64,000 bases of DNA from a virus. Positions 26,284 to 36,299 of the stretch are shown one piece after another. Location of the stretch: the IMG/VR virus record IMGVR_UViG_3300045988_118131; one strand, 5' to 3'. How positions within the stretch are numbered: position 1 is the stretch's first letter; each line of letters opens with the position of its first letter. The position numbers and the translations under genes are program-made. The notes under the pieces were generated by a model. It did not search any database. It saw nothing but the letters and a program-made list of their open reading frames with translations, and was not told the DNA's origin.

Positions 26284-27292
26284 TGAAATTCAAATAGTTC
26301 CACTTTTAGATACTCTGCAAATATTAGATATTAGTGACGAAGAGTATTTTGGAGAGAAATATAGAGAATATATAAGTAACTCAAGACTTAAACTTATTGA
26401 TCCTGAAGAAGGAGGTAGTCCAGAATTATTTAAAGCTGGCTTATCTCCAGCTTTTAGTGATGCTTTCTATTATGGATCAGCCATTCACTGTTTAACCTTA
26501 CAACCTGATGATTTTGAATTAGTAGAATCTGTAGATAGACCTACTTCAAAAGCTGGATTTATGGCTGATGAATTATTCAAAAGTTTTTCTAAGAATAGAC
26601 CATTTAAAACAGAAGAGATAATTAAGGCTTCTGATAAAATTGGATACTATAAGGGTAAAATGAATGAAAATCGGATTGCTGATTTAATAAGTAAATGTTC
26701 TAATTATTGGCATGATAGATACGATTTTGAGAAGTCTTATGTAGGAGGGAAGGAATTAATTTATTTAGACCAAAGAAGCCGGGGAAAAGTCCATACAAGC
26801 CTTAAAAACATAAAATCTAATACAGAAATACAAAAACTATTAAATCCAGAAGGATTACTTGAAACACCAAAATCTTACAATGAGGCTACAATACTATTAG
26901 AAGTCAAGGCTGTTTCCCCATCTAAAGATGAAACTATACTTAAACTTAAGGGAAAATTAGATAATTTTACAGTAGATGAAGAATCTAAAATTATTACATT
27001 AAATGACCTTAAAACCACAGGTCATTATATTGAGGATTTTCCCGAAGGAAGTTTTGTTAATTTTAAGTATGCCCGGCAAATGGCAATGTATGGATGGATG
27101 TTATCTCTAGCTAATAAAACCACATTTAACATCTCCAATCCAACATTTAAATCTAATATGTTACTTGTATCTTCCATTCCTCCGTGTAATTGCGGAGTAT
27201 TCTCTTTAAATGGTTCACACATAAATTTAGGTATGAAAATGTTTACAGATTTATTAAAAAGAGTAGCATATTTAGAATTGTATGGAAACTAA
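26264..27292 (+). CDS. PD-(D/E)XK exonuclease (RecB/Cas4-like)
   Basis: GSAIHCL, KGKLDNFTVD, ITLNDLKTT (DxK) and RQMAMYGWM (QxxxY). GTG start at 26264, no nearby ATG. Confidence 0.55.
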   Translation: MNHCQHNEIQIVPLLDTLQILDISDEEYFGEKYREYISNSRLKLIDPEEGGSPELFKAGLSPAFSDAFYYGSAIHCLTLQPDDFELVESVDRPTSKAGFMADELFKSFSKNRPFKTEEIIKASDKIGYYKGKMNENRIADLISKCSNYWHDRYDFEKSYVGGKELIYLDQRSRGKVHTSLKNIKSNTEIQKLLNPEGLLETPKSYNEATILLEVKAVSPSKDETILKLKGKLDNFTVDEESKIITLNDLKTTGHYIEDFPEGSFVNFKYARQMAMYGWMLSLANKTTFNISNPTFKSNMLLVSSIPPCNCGVFSLNGSHINLGMKMFTDLLKRVAYLELYGN

Positions 27293-27659
27293 AACAGATG
27301 TAGGATTCCTATTGGCTGGCACTCCATCATATAAAGATTTACAAAATGTATATCTAAAATGGTTCAGTCTAGGTGGAATTGCTGGAGAAATTGATAATAA
27401 ATTTGCACTAATTTCTTTAATATGTGCGCTTACTGCGGCACAAAAAAATAAGAATCCAGATATTACCTGCTATGAGGTAATAAAGAAAATTATTGCTAAA
27501 GGAGGTCCACAACTAACAGATGATTACCTATTTGGTTTATCTATAGTTTGTGAAGATTTTCTTAAAGGAAGCACCAAATTTAATACCTGTGGATTGAAAA
27601 CGGCAAAAGACATGGTTGAGAAAATCAACGAGATACTTGAAAAATGGCTCCCGTTTTAA
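27282..27659 (+). CDS. hypothetical protein
   Basis: ORF track. Confidence 0.5.
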   Translation: METKTDVGFLLAGTPSYKDLQNVYLKWFSLGGIAGEIDNKFALISLICALTAAQKNKNPDITCYEVIKKIIAKGGPQLTDDYLFGLSIVCEDFLKGSTKFNTCGLKTAKDMVEKINEILEKWLPF

Positions 27660-27724
27660 ATACACATTAGATGAGAATATCAAGAAAATAGATAAGAAAT
27701 TTTAAAAAGATTTTTTCACAAGTG

Positions 27725-27756
27725 TTTGGAGGATACAAAAAATTGTACTACCTTTG
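27725..27756 (+). promoter_or_regulatory. Bacteroidota-type promoter P1 (-33 TTTG, -7 TACCTTTG)
   Basis: TTTG at 27725-27728 and TACCTTTG at 27749-27756, with a 20-nt spacer. Confidence 0.5.
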
Positions 27757-27818
27757 TATCACTTTCTCGGTGAGAGAAGGGAGTACAAAAAGTGTTCACA
27801 AAAATTAACACTTATATG

Positions 27819-27850
27819 TTTGGATGATTACGAAAAAAGTAGTACCTTTG
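27819..27850 (+). promoter_or_regulatory. Bacteroidota-type promoter P2 (-33 TTTG, -7 TACCTTTG), a near-duplicate of P1
   Basis: TTTG at 27819-27822 and TACCTTTG at 27843-27850, with the same 20-nt spacer. TGTTTGGA..GTA.TACCTTTGTA is shared with P1. Confidence 0.5.
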
Positions 27851-27905
27851 TAGCATCAAACATTGAGATAATGAATATGAATTAATGACTTAAAATTTTT
27901 TATTT

Positions 27906-28460
27906 ATGGAAATCAATTTGAACTTTAAACGTGTCGATGTAAACGCTTTCACTTTAAAAGAAGCAGAAGAAATTTTAGCTGAAAAAGCAAACTTTGAAAA
28001 ATTTGCAAACGCAACTCAAGCATGGAAAAACGCTGGTAGTCCAATGCAGAATACAAAAGAATTTAAAGAATTTTGTGCAAATTACTTGGCTGAAAAGACT
28101 AAGAACAAACAAGGTTTAGGATGTGTTATTGTTTACGAAGCTGGAAAGGCTGATACCAGAGAACGTCCCTGGGAAATGAACGATGTTGTAAACGAACTCG
28201 GAAAACGTAAATATAAAACGACTTATCTAATTATTGATGAAGAAACTGGCAAGATTCTTGCTAAGACACAGGAAAACAAGGCTAAAGCTAAGGAATTGGC
28301 TAAGGAATTGTACACTAAGGGTGGTTACAGAGGAAAACTTACTTGTATTTATACTAAGGAAGTAGTTGAAGGTGAAAAAAGAGCATTTACAATGAAGTAT
28401 CAGGCATCTAAGAGTGCAAAAGAAGGATACTTTATCTTCTTCGGAATCGAACGTAACTAA
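27906..28460 (+). CDS. hypothetical Lys/Glu-rich protein, probably highly expressed
   Basis: Clean 184-aa ORF bracketed by tandem promoters and a strong terminator. No motif that I recognise. Confidence 0.65.
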   Translation: MEINLNFKRVDVNAFTLKEAEEILAEKANFEKFANATQAWKNAGSPMQNTKEFKEFCANYLAEKTKNKQGLGCVIVYEAGKADTRERPWEMNDVVNELGKRKYKTTYLIIDEETGKILAKTQENKAKAKELAKELYTKGGYRGKLTCIYTKEVVEGEKRAFTMKYQASKSAKEGYFIFFGIERN

Positions 28461-28500
28461 CCCCCCCCGAAGACTAAAAGTCGAGTATTAAACTTTAATA

Positions 28501-28537
28501 AAGTCTCCTTATTATATTATGAGGAGACTTTTTTTAT
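28501..28537 (+). terminator. rho-independent terminator
   Basis: AAGTCTCCT (28501-28509) and AGGAGACTT (28522-30) form a 9-bp stem followed by a T tract. Confidence 0.7.
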
Positions 28538-28551
28538 TTTGTAAAATTTCT

Positions 28552-29472
28552 ATGGATAGGTATGAATTTATATGAAAATCTGTACAAAAATTTGGATACA
28601 AATTTGATTATAGAGAGGTAGGAAAAATTAAAAATTCTAAATCAAAGGTAGTTTTAATATGCCCTATACATGGAGTGTTTATGCAAGAGGTCGGGAATCA
28701 TCTTCGTAGTGCTCATGGATGTACTGAATGTGGTAAGGAGGCAAGAGGGAAATCTAACAGGGATACTAAAGATTCCTGAATAATTAAAGCTATAAAAAGA
28801 CATGGAGACTTTTATAATTATAGTAAGGTTAGATATATAGACTGCTATACTCCAGTTACTATAATTTGTCCCATCCACGGAGAATTTCAACAAGTTCCTT
28901 ATTATCATACAAGTGAAAATGGTTGCCCTAAATGTGGAAATATTAAGAAAAATGCTAATAAAATATTAACAACTGAAGAATTTGTTGAAAAAGCTAAAAG
29001 TATTCACGGAACTACTTACAGTTATGATGCAGTAGAATATGAAACTACTGATAGTAAAGTTTGTATAATTTGTCCTATTCATGGTGAATTTTGACAAACT
29101 CCACATTCTCATTTGCAAGGACATGGATGTCCTTATTGTAATCATCTTTCTAAAGGTGAAGAGTACGTTAAAAATGTCCTAAACGAACTTGGAATAAATT
29201 ATATATGACAATATTGTATTAAAACTGATAAAAGACATTATAATATTGACTTTTACCTACCTGAATACAATTTAGCAATAGAGTATAATGGAGAGCAACA
29301 TTACAAGTTTTCTCCATATTTTCACAAAACAGAAGAAAACTTTATTAAACAAAAACAAAGGGATTCTGAAGTAAAAGATTTATTATATGCTAAGAATATT
29401 AAATTACATATTATAAGTTATAGAACTCCTTTTGAAAAAGTTAAAATAGATTTAGAAAAACTGTTAAAATAG
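28552..29472 (+). CDS. free-standing endonuclease-like ORF (three CPxHGxF..GCxxC zinc-ribbon repeats plus a Vsr/DUF559-like nuclease core) with four in-frame TGA codons; either recoded or a pseudogene
   Basis: My hand translation from ATG 28552 to TAG 29470-29472 gives 306 sense positions. No TAA or TAG in frame; TGA at 28573, 28777, 29092 and 29206; no TGG codon. Repeats CPIHGVF..GCTEC, CPIHGEF..GCPKC and CPIHGEF*..GCPYC. C-terminal NIDFYLPEYNLAIEYNGEQHY. Confidence 0.5.
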
Positions 29473-29509
29473 GGGAATTATCTGAACAAGGTAGTTCCCC
29501 TTATTTTTT
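29472..29509 (+). terminator. rho-independent terminator
   Basis: GGGGAA (29472-29477) and TTCCCC (29495-29500) form a stem followed by TTATTTTTT. Confidence 0.5.
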
Positions 29510-29582
29510 ATATATAGATAAAAAAGTAACATAACTAAATCGGAGAAATAACCTCCGAGTTCTAAATAAAATAAAACATTAT

Positions 29583-31187
29583 ATGAAATTATCAACTGTT
29601 GTTAAGTTCAGAAAAGAACTGGAATGTGTTAAAGAGTCAGGATTAACAATCGCGGAGTATTGTCAACAGAATAAAAAGAACAGATCGTGGTTTACTGAGC
29701 GTATCAAGAGAGTGCTAGATACTAAAGACTTGTATGTTGAAGAAACTGCACAAATTCTTGAGTTGTATTCTGAGCTTGTAGATAACAGAGGACGGGGAAG
29801 AGGCAAGGAATTTTACAAAAATCTGGCAGATTCTCTTTTAAATGGTAAGCCAGAGAAAATTATTTCGAAAGAAGAGAATGATGAAGAAGATAAAACTCAC
29901 GTAACTTATGTTAGAAATACATCTACTAATAAGATTGAGTCCTATGATGTTATAGTTTATGTTAGAGACTCTAAGCCCTTTAGAACAATCTTATCCAGAG
30001 AAGACGCTGAAGTATTGTTTGGTTTATATACCTATTATGGTGGTAATGTAACTGCTAGGAATGTAGCTAACGAGTTTCCTAAATTTACTCTTCCAGAGGT
30101 TAAAAAGCTATTTAGAGCATTCAAATTAACTAAGGATTCAGCTTGGTTCCCTCCACACTTAGGAGAAGAGTTAACAGAAGAGGAGCTTAGTCAGTATCGA
30201 ATGAATCTTAAGGAAAGAGCTGCATTTAAGTATGCTGATGCTAGACAAGAAAGAGACTTCAAGAATACCATTAACAAAATGGCTTCGGAAATCAATAAAT
30301 TGAAGAATTTTAATGGACAGTTTGAAGAAGTTCTTGCTAAGTTTGTAAATGAAAATAATATAGTTACAAAACAGTTTCCTAGAGTTGTTTCTAGTGATAA
30401 GACTGTTATGATATTTCTGGCGGATATGCACATTGGAGCTAAAGTGAATGATCAAGCTTTGTTTGACAACCACTATGATATGGAGGTAGTATATAAAAGA
30501 ATGGATCAAATTATTTCTTATTTCTCTAAGCTTGACCCATTTAAAAGGATTGTGGTAGTTAATGTCGGAGATGCTTTGGATGGAATGGATAACCAAACTG
30601 CAAGGCGAGATCATTTCATTCCTCAGAACATGAATAATTTTGAGCAACTTAACAATTATGTAGCTGCAATAAAGTATTTGTTCCATAATATGATTGTAAA
30701 TAAGATGGCTTCTGAATATTCTTATATTTCTGTTCCTTGCGGAAATCATGATGGAGCATTTGGATACGCTGCGGCACAATTGGCAGCTAGTGTTCTTAAA
30801 CTTAACTATCCCCAAATTGAAACTTGTGTAGAAAGCAAATTTTATTTACGGTATGATGTAGGGGAATTCTCATATCTAGTTTGTCATGGTAAAGACGAAC
30901 AGTTTATGAAAAATGGATTTAAGATCAATTTGGATGATAATACTGAATTAAAGATTAATCAGTATATAGACTCTTTAGATGGTTTGAAACCTAACATAAA
31001 TGTAGTTAGTGGGGACTTACACAACGAATCTATGAGTAGAGGAAAGAAATTTAAATATTGGAAAGTGGGATCTTTCTTTGGCTCTTCCGAATATTGTATG
31101 TATGGTTGGGGTAATACTCCAGCTCATGTAAATTATCACATAATTTCAGATGATATTTTAATGAACGGAACTGTAGAACTAAAATGA
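29583..31187 (+). CDS. calcineurin-like metallophosphoesterase-domain protein (SbcD/Mre11-like motif set) with an N-terminal HTH-like region
   Basis: FLADMHIG, VGDALDG, CGNHDG and VCHGKD in the C-terminal half. Confidence 0.55.
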   Translation: MKLSTVVKFRKELECVKESGLTIAEYCQQNKKNRSWFTERIKRVLDTKDLYVEETAQILELYSELVDNRGRGRGKEFYKNLADSLLNGKPEKIISKEENDEEDKTHVTYVRNTSTNKIESYDVIVYVRDSKPFRTILSREDAEVLFGLYTYYGGNVTARNVANEFPKFTLPEVKKLFRAFKLTKDSAWFPPHLGEELTEEELSQYRMNLKERAAFKYADARQERDFKNTINKMASEINKLKNFNGQFEEVLAKFVNENNIVTKQFPRVVSSDKTVMIFLADMHIGAKVNDQALFDNHYDMEVVYKRMDQIISYFSKLDPFKRIVVVNVGDALDGMDNQTARRDHFIPQNMNNFEQLNNYVAAIKYLFHNMIVNKMASEYSYISVPCGNHDGAFGYAAAQLAASVLKLNYPQIETCVESKFYLRYDVGEFSYLVCHGKDEQFMKNGFKINLDDNTELKINQYIDSLDGLKPNINVVSGDLHNESMSRGKKFKYWKVGSFFGSSEYCMYGWGNTPAHVNYHIISDDILMNGTVELK

Positions 31188-31188
31188 T

Positions 31189-31611
31189 ATGACGGTATTA
31201 GTAAATGGTCAAGACCTTGACGCGTTTGGAGACTTGGAATCCTTCGAGGATTCCATTCAAGATATAGAGACAGTTACTATAGATAACTATACCTTTGAAC
31301 CCTATTGTTCGCACAAAGAGATATGGGACTTTTATATTTGCTGGAACACCTATGAAGAGTATGAACAAAAAATATTGTGGCATTATGCAGAAGCTAGTGG
31401 ACTACCTATTTTAGAAGTAGACAGTATAGCTGAAGACGCCTTTGATAACTTTTTTGGAATTTATAGTACTAATGCAGAAGCAGGTGAGGAATTGCTAAAG
31501 TTGTCTATTAAGGATTATTGTTTTGTAGAACATCTCTTCGACGATGAAATATTAAACTTAATCGCAGTTAACAATTTAATAGAAGATGAGGATTACTACT
31601 TTTATATTTAA
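31189..31611 (+). CDS. hypothetical acidic protein
   Basis: ORF track. Highly Asp/Glu-rich. Confidence 0.5.
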   Translation: MTVLVNGQDLDAFGDLESFEDSIQDIETVTIDNYTFEPYCSHKEIWDFYICWNTYEEYEQKILWHYAEASGLPILEVDSIAEDAFDNFFGIYSTNAEAGEELLKLSIKDYCFVEHLFDDEILNLIAVNNLIEDEDYYFYI

Positions 31612-31619
31612 CAATTAAT

Positions 31620-32396
31620 ATGGAACTGACACTAGAAGAAGCCTTGAAGGGGAAAGCAACAAGAATTAAAAATAAAGATTATTTTGAAACTAAGGCATAT
31701 TTAGAACCATTTATAGAACGTATGTCCAAGTTTACTAATGATTTTAGAATCAATGCAGTACTTCCTGATCAGATTACCAAGACTAAGACTGGTGAAATTG
31801 ATATGGATGATATTACATTTAATAGAATGTGGATTCAAGCAGTATTGCCTGGAGAGTTTGCGTTCAATAACCATCAAGAAGTGGTCGGAATGGTATATGG
31901 ATTGGATGTAAGAAAACCTATTGTAAAAATATATAGAGGTGGACTTAATATGGCTTGTACTAATTTATGTATATTTCAGCCAGAGGAGTTAAATGTTCAA
32001 GAACTAGAACCAGAGCGTCCCATTGATTTCTCTCCCATTAAACGGATTATGGAACATACTTGTGAAATGAAAGCTTATCTAGAAAGGTTGGACAATACTG
32101 AATTTGTTCGAGATAAGCAATCTATTGAAAGAGAACTAGGAAGATGGGTAAACAATTCTATTGTAAAGTCCTATGATAATGGATTTGGGAAAGTAAAATT
32201 AGCTACCTCTCTAATTATTGACGCTTATAAGAATTTATTCATAAACGAGGAGTCTGATTACTTTATTGAAGAAAATACTCCAGTTTCTATGTTCACTGTA
32301 TATAACTCATTCACTGATCAAATTTGTAACAAGGATAAGGATATAATGAATAAAGCTGAGAAGACTTTACTATTAAAGGAAGTTCTAGAATTTTAA
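31620..32396 (+). CDS. hypothetical protein
   Basis: ORF track. Clean 258-aa ORF. Confidence 0.55.
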   Translation: MELTLEEALKGKATRIKNKDYFETKAYLEPFIERMSKFTNDFRINAVLPDQITKTKTGEIDMDDITFNRMWIQAVLPGEFAFNNHQEVVGMVYGLDVRKPIVKIYRGGLNMACTNLCIFQPEELNVQELEPERPIDFSPIKRIMEHTCEMKAYLERLDNTEFVRDKQSIERELGRWVNNSIVKSYDNGFGKVKLATSLIIDAYKNLFINEESDYFIEENTPVSMFTVYNSFTDQICNKDKDIMNKAEKTLLLKEVLEF

Positions 32397-32428
32397 TGAA
32401 AATACTTTGTAGAATCTAAAATTTTTAT

Positions 32429-32436
32429 TAACTTTG
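32429..32436 (+). promoter_or_regulatory. -7 promoter box (TAACTTTG)
   Basis: Matches TAnnTTTG, 32 nt upstream of the RNR ATG. Confidence 0.4.
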
Positions 32437-32467
32437 TATTTTATTAACTTTATAAACTGTAAAAATT

Positions 32468-34894
32468 ATGAATAATGCGTTAAATGAATTTATTTTTCAG
32501 TCAAAGTATTCTAGATATAACCCTTCTTTAGGTAGAAAGGAAACTTGGGAAGAGTCTGTGGATAGAATTTCTAATATGCATATCCAGCATTTAACTGAAA
32601 ATTATCCACAAGCCTTAAATAATGCTGAATTTGCTAGTGATTACCTTGAAGCAATAGAAGCATATAAAGAAAAGAAGGTATTTGGTTCTCAGCGTGGTCT
32701 TCAATTTGGAGGTACTCCTATTTTAAGAAAGCATTGCAGATTATTTAATTGTAGTGCTACTTATGCTGATAGACTAGAAGTATTCAAACAGGCTGAATGG
32801 GTTATGCTATGTGGTTGTGGAGTAGGTATATCTGTAGAAAAACAACATGTTGACAAGCTGCCATCCATGAATAATGTTCTTCGTTCTGATACTGAAGATT
32901 GGATAATTCCAGATACAATAGAAGGTTGGGCATTAGCAATTCAACAAATTATTAATTATTACTTCGTTGCAGGCACTAAATATCCAAAATTTGACTATTC
33001 TCAAATTAGACCTAAGGGCGCGTTAATTACTGGAGGATTTGTAGCTCCTGGACCTAAAGGGCTAAGGAAAACTATTCAGAAAATAGATGAATTGTTAAAG
33101 CAAGTCCATAAAACTACAAAGAAATTGTCCCCTCTTAATGTAGCTGATATTCTATGTTTTGAAGCTGATTCTGTACTATCTGGAGGTTTAAGACGAAGTG
33201 CTATGATTATTTTATTTGATCCAGATGATCAAGAAATGACTCAGGCTAAGACTGGAAACTGGTTTATTGAAAATCCTCAAAGGGGAAGGTTTAATGCGTC
33301 GGCTGTTTTGCAAAGAGGCGAGACTAATAAAGATGTCTTTATGTCTTTGTTTAATTCTACCAGACAGTTTGGAGAACCAGGATTTCTCTGGAGATCTAAC
33401 AAAGGATTGGTAGTTAATCCATGTTGTGAAATAGGGATGTACCCTGTAGACCCTACTACAGGACAAACTGGATGGCAGTTCTGTAATCTAATTTCAATAT
33501 CTGGAAAGGATGTCCATACAGAGGAAGAGTTTTATAATATATGCAAACATGCGGCAACTATTGGGACTATACAAGCATCATATATGAGTTTCCCATTTCT
33601 GGGAGAAGCAACTGAAAACATTATTAAAAATGATCCTTTAATCGGAGTCTCTATTGCCGGAGTTATGTGCTCTCCTAATATTCTTTTAAATGGTAATGTT
33701 CTAGAAAAAGGGGCTGAAATAGTTAAACAGCAAAATGCTAAAATAGCTGAAGTACTGAATATAAAACCTTCATCCAGATGTACATGTATAAAGCCAGACG
33801 GAAATACAAGTGCTATGTCTGGTAATACTCCAGGGTGTCATGGGGACCATGCTAGACATTATATAAGAAGAGTACAAGTTAATAAAGACGAGGAAGCTGG
33901 ACAAATTTATCAAAAAGCAAATCCTAAAGCTGTACTGGAATCTGTCTGGTCTAACAATAGAACCGACAACTGTATTATGTTTGCTATTAGTGCAGAACCT
34001 AATGCTTTAACCAAAAAGGATTTACTTGGAATAAAACAACTTGCAGTTGTTAAAGAACTCCAAAATCATTGGGTAAGGGCTGGTAAAGTAAATCCAAATG
34101 ATACTATTGAAAACAATGTGTCTAATACTGTCAATGTTCCGGAAGATCAGTGGGAAGAAGTGTCGGAATATGTATGGGAAAACCAGAATGATTTAGCAGG
34201 AGTTTCTTTCATTGCCGAAACTGGAGATCTAGATTATGTTCAGCCTGCATATTCAGAAGTATTAATGCCTCAGGAACTTTTGGATAGATACGGAGAAGGC
34301 GTTATATTTGCAAGCGGACTTATTGTAGATTCTATTGATATATTTGGAGACTTATGGAATGCCTGCGAAACATTTAGAGGTAGAGGAGAGTCTATTTTCA
34401 CTTCATTAAAGGATGCAGAGGAGTTTATAGAGGAGTTTACCATTGCCAAGATAGAGGACTATCTAGACAAGCCATTAAAAGAGTGGAACGAGGTTAAAGC
34501 TAAACAATATAGCAGATGGATTGATTTGCTTGTCCAAATTGGATATTCAGAAGAATTTGCAGAACAATTAGTTGATAATGATGTTCCAATTCCAACTACT
34601 GAAATTCAAAAATATTTGGATAAACAATTGTTTGGAAGAGTGCCTAATTTGGCAGCCAAGAGAGACTTAATCAGACGAATGAAGAAGTACTCTGATAAAT
34701 ATTATGAAGGAAATGATACTCTTATGATTAATGCCTTGAAACACGTCCAGTTGTATCATGATTGGTGTGATATTACTAAATCATATAAGCCAATTGACTG
34801 GAAAGAAGTTAAATGGAAAAATGTATTAATTGAAGCTGATACTACAGGGGCAGTAGCCTGCAATGGTGGAGCTTGTGAAGTAACTAGAATTTAA
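32468..34894 (+). CDS. nrdJ: class II (adenosylcobalamin-dependent) ribonucleotide reductase, monomeric RTPR-like
   Basis: N-terminal QSKYSRYNPSLGRKETWEESVDRI resembles the L. leichmannii RTPR N-terminus. Active-site NPCCEIGM. C-terminal redox pair CNGGACEV. Confidence 0.8.
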   Translation: MNNALNEFIFQSKYSRYNPSLGRKETWEESVDRISNMHIQHLTENYPQALNNAEFASDYLEAIEAYKEKKVFGSQRGLQFGGTPILRKHCRLFNCSATYADRLEVFKQAEWVMLCGCGVGISVEKQHVDKLPSMNNVLRSDTEDWIIPDTIEGWALAIQQIINYYFVAGTKYPKFDYSQIRPKGALITGGFVAPGPKGLRKTIQKIDELLKQVHKTTKKLSPLNVADILCFEADSVLSGGLRRSAMIILFDPDDQEMTQAKTGNWFIENPQRGRFNASAVLQRGETNKDVFMSLFNSTRQFGEPGFLWRSNKGLVVNPCCEIGMYPVDPTTGQTGWQFCNLISISGKDVHTEEEFYNICKHAATIGTIQASYMSFPFLGEATENIIKNDPLIGVSIAGVMCSPNILLNGNVLEKGAEIVKQQNAKIAEVLNIKPSSRCTCIKPDGNTSAMSGNTPGCHGDHARHYIRRVQVNKDEEAGQIYQKANPKAVLESVWSNNRTDNCIMFAISAEPNALTKKDLLGIKQLAVVKELQNHWVRAGKVNPNDTIENNVSNTVNVPEDQWEEVSEYVWENQNDLAGVSFIAETGDLDYVQPAYSEVLMPQELLDRYGEGVIFASGLIVDSIDIFGDLWNACETFRGRGESIFTSLKDAEEFIEEFTIAKIEDYLDKPLKEWNEVKAKQYSRWIDLLVQIGYSEEFAEQLVDNDVPIPTTEIQKYLDKQLFGRVPNLAAKRDLIRRMKKYSDKYYEGNDTLMINALKHVQLYHDWCDITKSYKPIDWKEVKWKNVLIEADTTGAVACNGGACEVTRI

Positions 34895-34895
34895 C

Positions 34896-36299
34896 ATGTT
34901 TGATTTCAACCTGAAGCCAAAAGTTCAGAAAGTAAATTTCGGAGAGGAACAGCTACGAGCGCTGTCCCTCTTAGAAGAATTTACAAAAAGTGACCAGACC
35001 ACTACCACACTATCTGGTAGTGCTGGCACTGGAAAAACTTCTTTGGTAATAGAGTATTTAGATTATTTAGATGATAAAGGAATACCGTATATTCTTGCAG
35101 CTCCAACACATAAAGCTAAGCTAGTGCTAGAGGCACTTACTGGTCAAGGAGCATTTACAGTACATCAATTATTATCTCTACAACCTAATCTTGATATATT
35201 TGAGTTAGATTTTAGAGAATTGGATTTCTTTTCTAATTCTGACGCATACAATCACCCAAATCAAATCCCATATAAAGGAGTTATTATTATAGACGAAGCA
35301 TCCATGATAAACGACGATTTGTTTGAGTTTATTATAGATTGTGCTAGAAAGAGTGAGTCTAAAGTTGTGTGGGTAGGAGATGAAAAGCAGCTTCAGCCTG
35401 TAAAGAGCGATAAATTATCCAAGGTGTTTTCTTTAGATAATAAGATACTATTAACCAAAATATATCGACAGAAAGAAGACTCTCCTGTGCTTGATGTATT
35501 ATCAGAGTTACGAGAACATTCTCTTAATAACTTTGAACCATGTAAAGGGACAGAGGATTCTATATATACATTTAATAATGCTATGGATTTTATGAGGTCT
35601 TCCAAAGACATTTTAAGAGAAACTGTAGCAACTGGAAACGTATTAAATGCAAAAATATTAGCTTTTACTAATGCGAGGGTTAAAGCTCTTAACCAGGCTT
35701 CAAGGAAACTTATATTTGGAGAAAACTTTAAAAATGAGTTTAATCTAGGAGAAATAATAACTGGATATGACAATTTTCAATATGATTCAGTCCAGTTTTA
35801 TAATTCTTTGGATTATATTATTAGAAATAATCCCATTAAAGAGAAAAAAATACTCCCATATCTAACTAAGCCTTTAAATGGCTTCACTTTAAGTTTATAT
35901 GATACTGTATATAAAAATGTAAATAAAGTATTTGTATTATCTAGGGATAATGATCCAAACGATATTATTAATCTAGCCAAATTGTTAGAGCAAACTCGAC
36001 AACATGCAGTATTATTGAAAAAATCTGGTAAATCATCTAACTTAATGTGGGGCAAATATTACACTCTAATGGGAAGTTTTGCTACTACCTTTGATTTGTT
36101 CTGTGATAACAGAGTTATTAAAAAGAAGACCTTTGATTATGGGTACGCCTTGACGGTACATAAGAGTCAGGGTTCATCATTCAACACTGTATTTGTAGAT
36201 ATTGCTAATATTAACGCGTGTTCAGATGAAGAAGTATTGCGACAATTGCAATATGTAGCTATTTCCAGAACTAAAGGCGATGTTTATTTACTAGTATGA
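34896..36299 (+). CDS. SF1B DNA helicase (Dda/RecD-like)
   Basis: Walker A GSAGTGKTS, Walker B IIIDEASMI, C-terminal ALTVHKSQGSSF and AISRTKG. Confidence 0.8.
   Translation: MFDFNLKPKVQKVNFGEEQLRALSLLEEFTKSDQTTTTLSGSAGTGKTSLVIEYLDYLDDKGIPYILAAPTHKAKLVLEALTGQGAFTVHQLLSLQPNLDIFELDFRELDFFSNSDAYNHPNQIPYKGVIIIDEASMINDDLFEFIIDCARKSESKVVWVGDEKQLQPVKSDKLSKVFSLDNKILLTKIYRQKEDSPVLDVLSELREHSLNNFEPCKGTEDSIYTFNNAMDFMRSSKDILRETVATGNVLNAKILAFTNARVKALNQASRKLIFGENFKNEFNLGEIITGYDNFQYDSVQFYNSLDYIIRNNPIKEKKILPYLTKPLNGFTLSLYDTVYKNVNKVFVLSRDNDPNDIINLAKLLEQTRQHAVLLKKSGKSSNLMWGKYYTLMGSFATTFDLFCDNRVIKKKTFDYGYALTVHKSQGSSFNTVFVDIANINACSDEEVLRQLQYVAISRTKGDVYLLV

Noticed and set aside
28538-28551. A TAnnTTTG promoter for the TGA-containing ORF in TTATTTTGTAAA.
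   Set aside because: The sequence is TATTTTG, one T short of the 8-mer consensus. It ends only ~8 nt before the ATG. It is too weak to call, so how this ORF is transcribed remains open.
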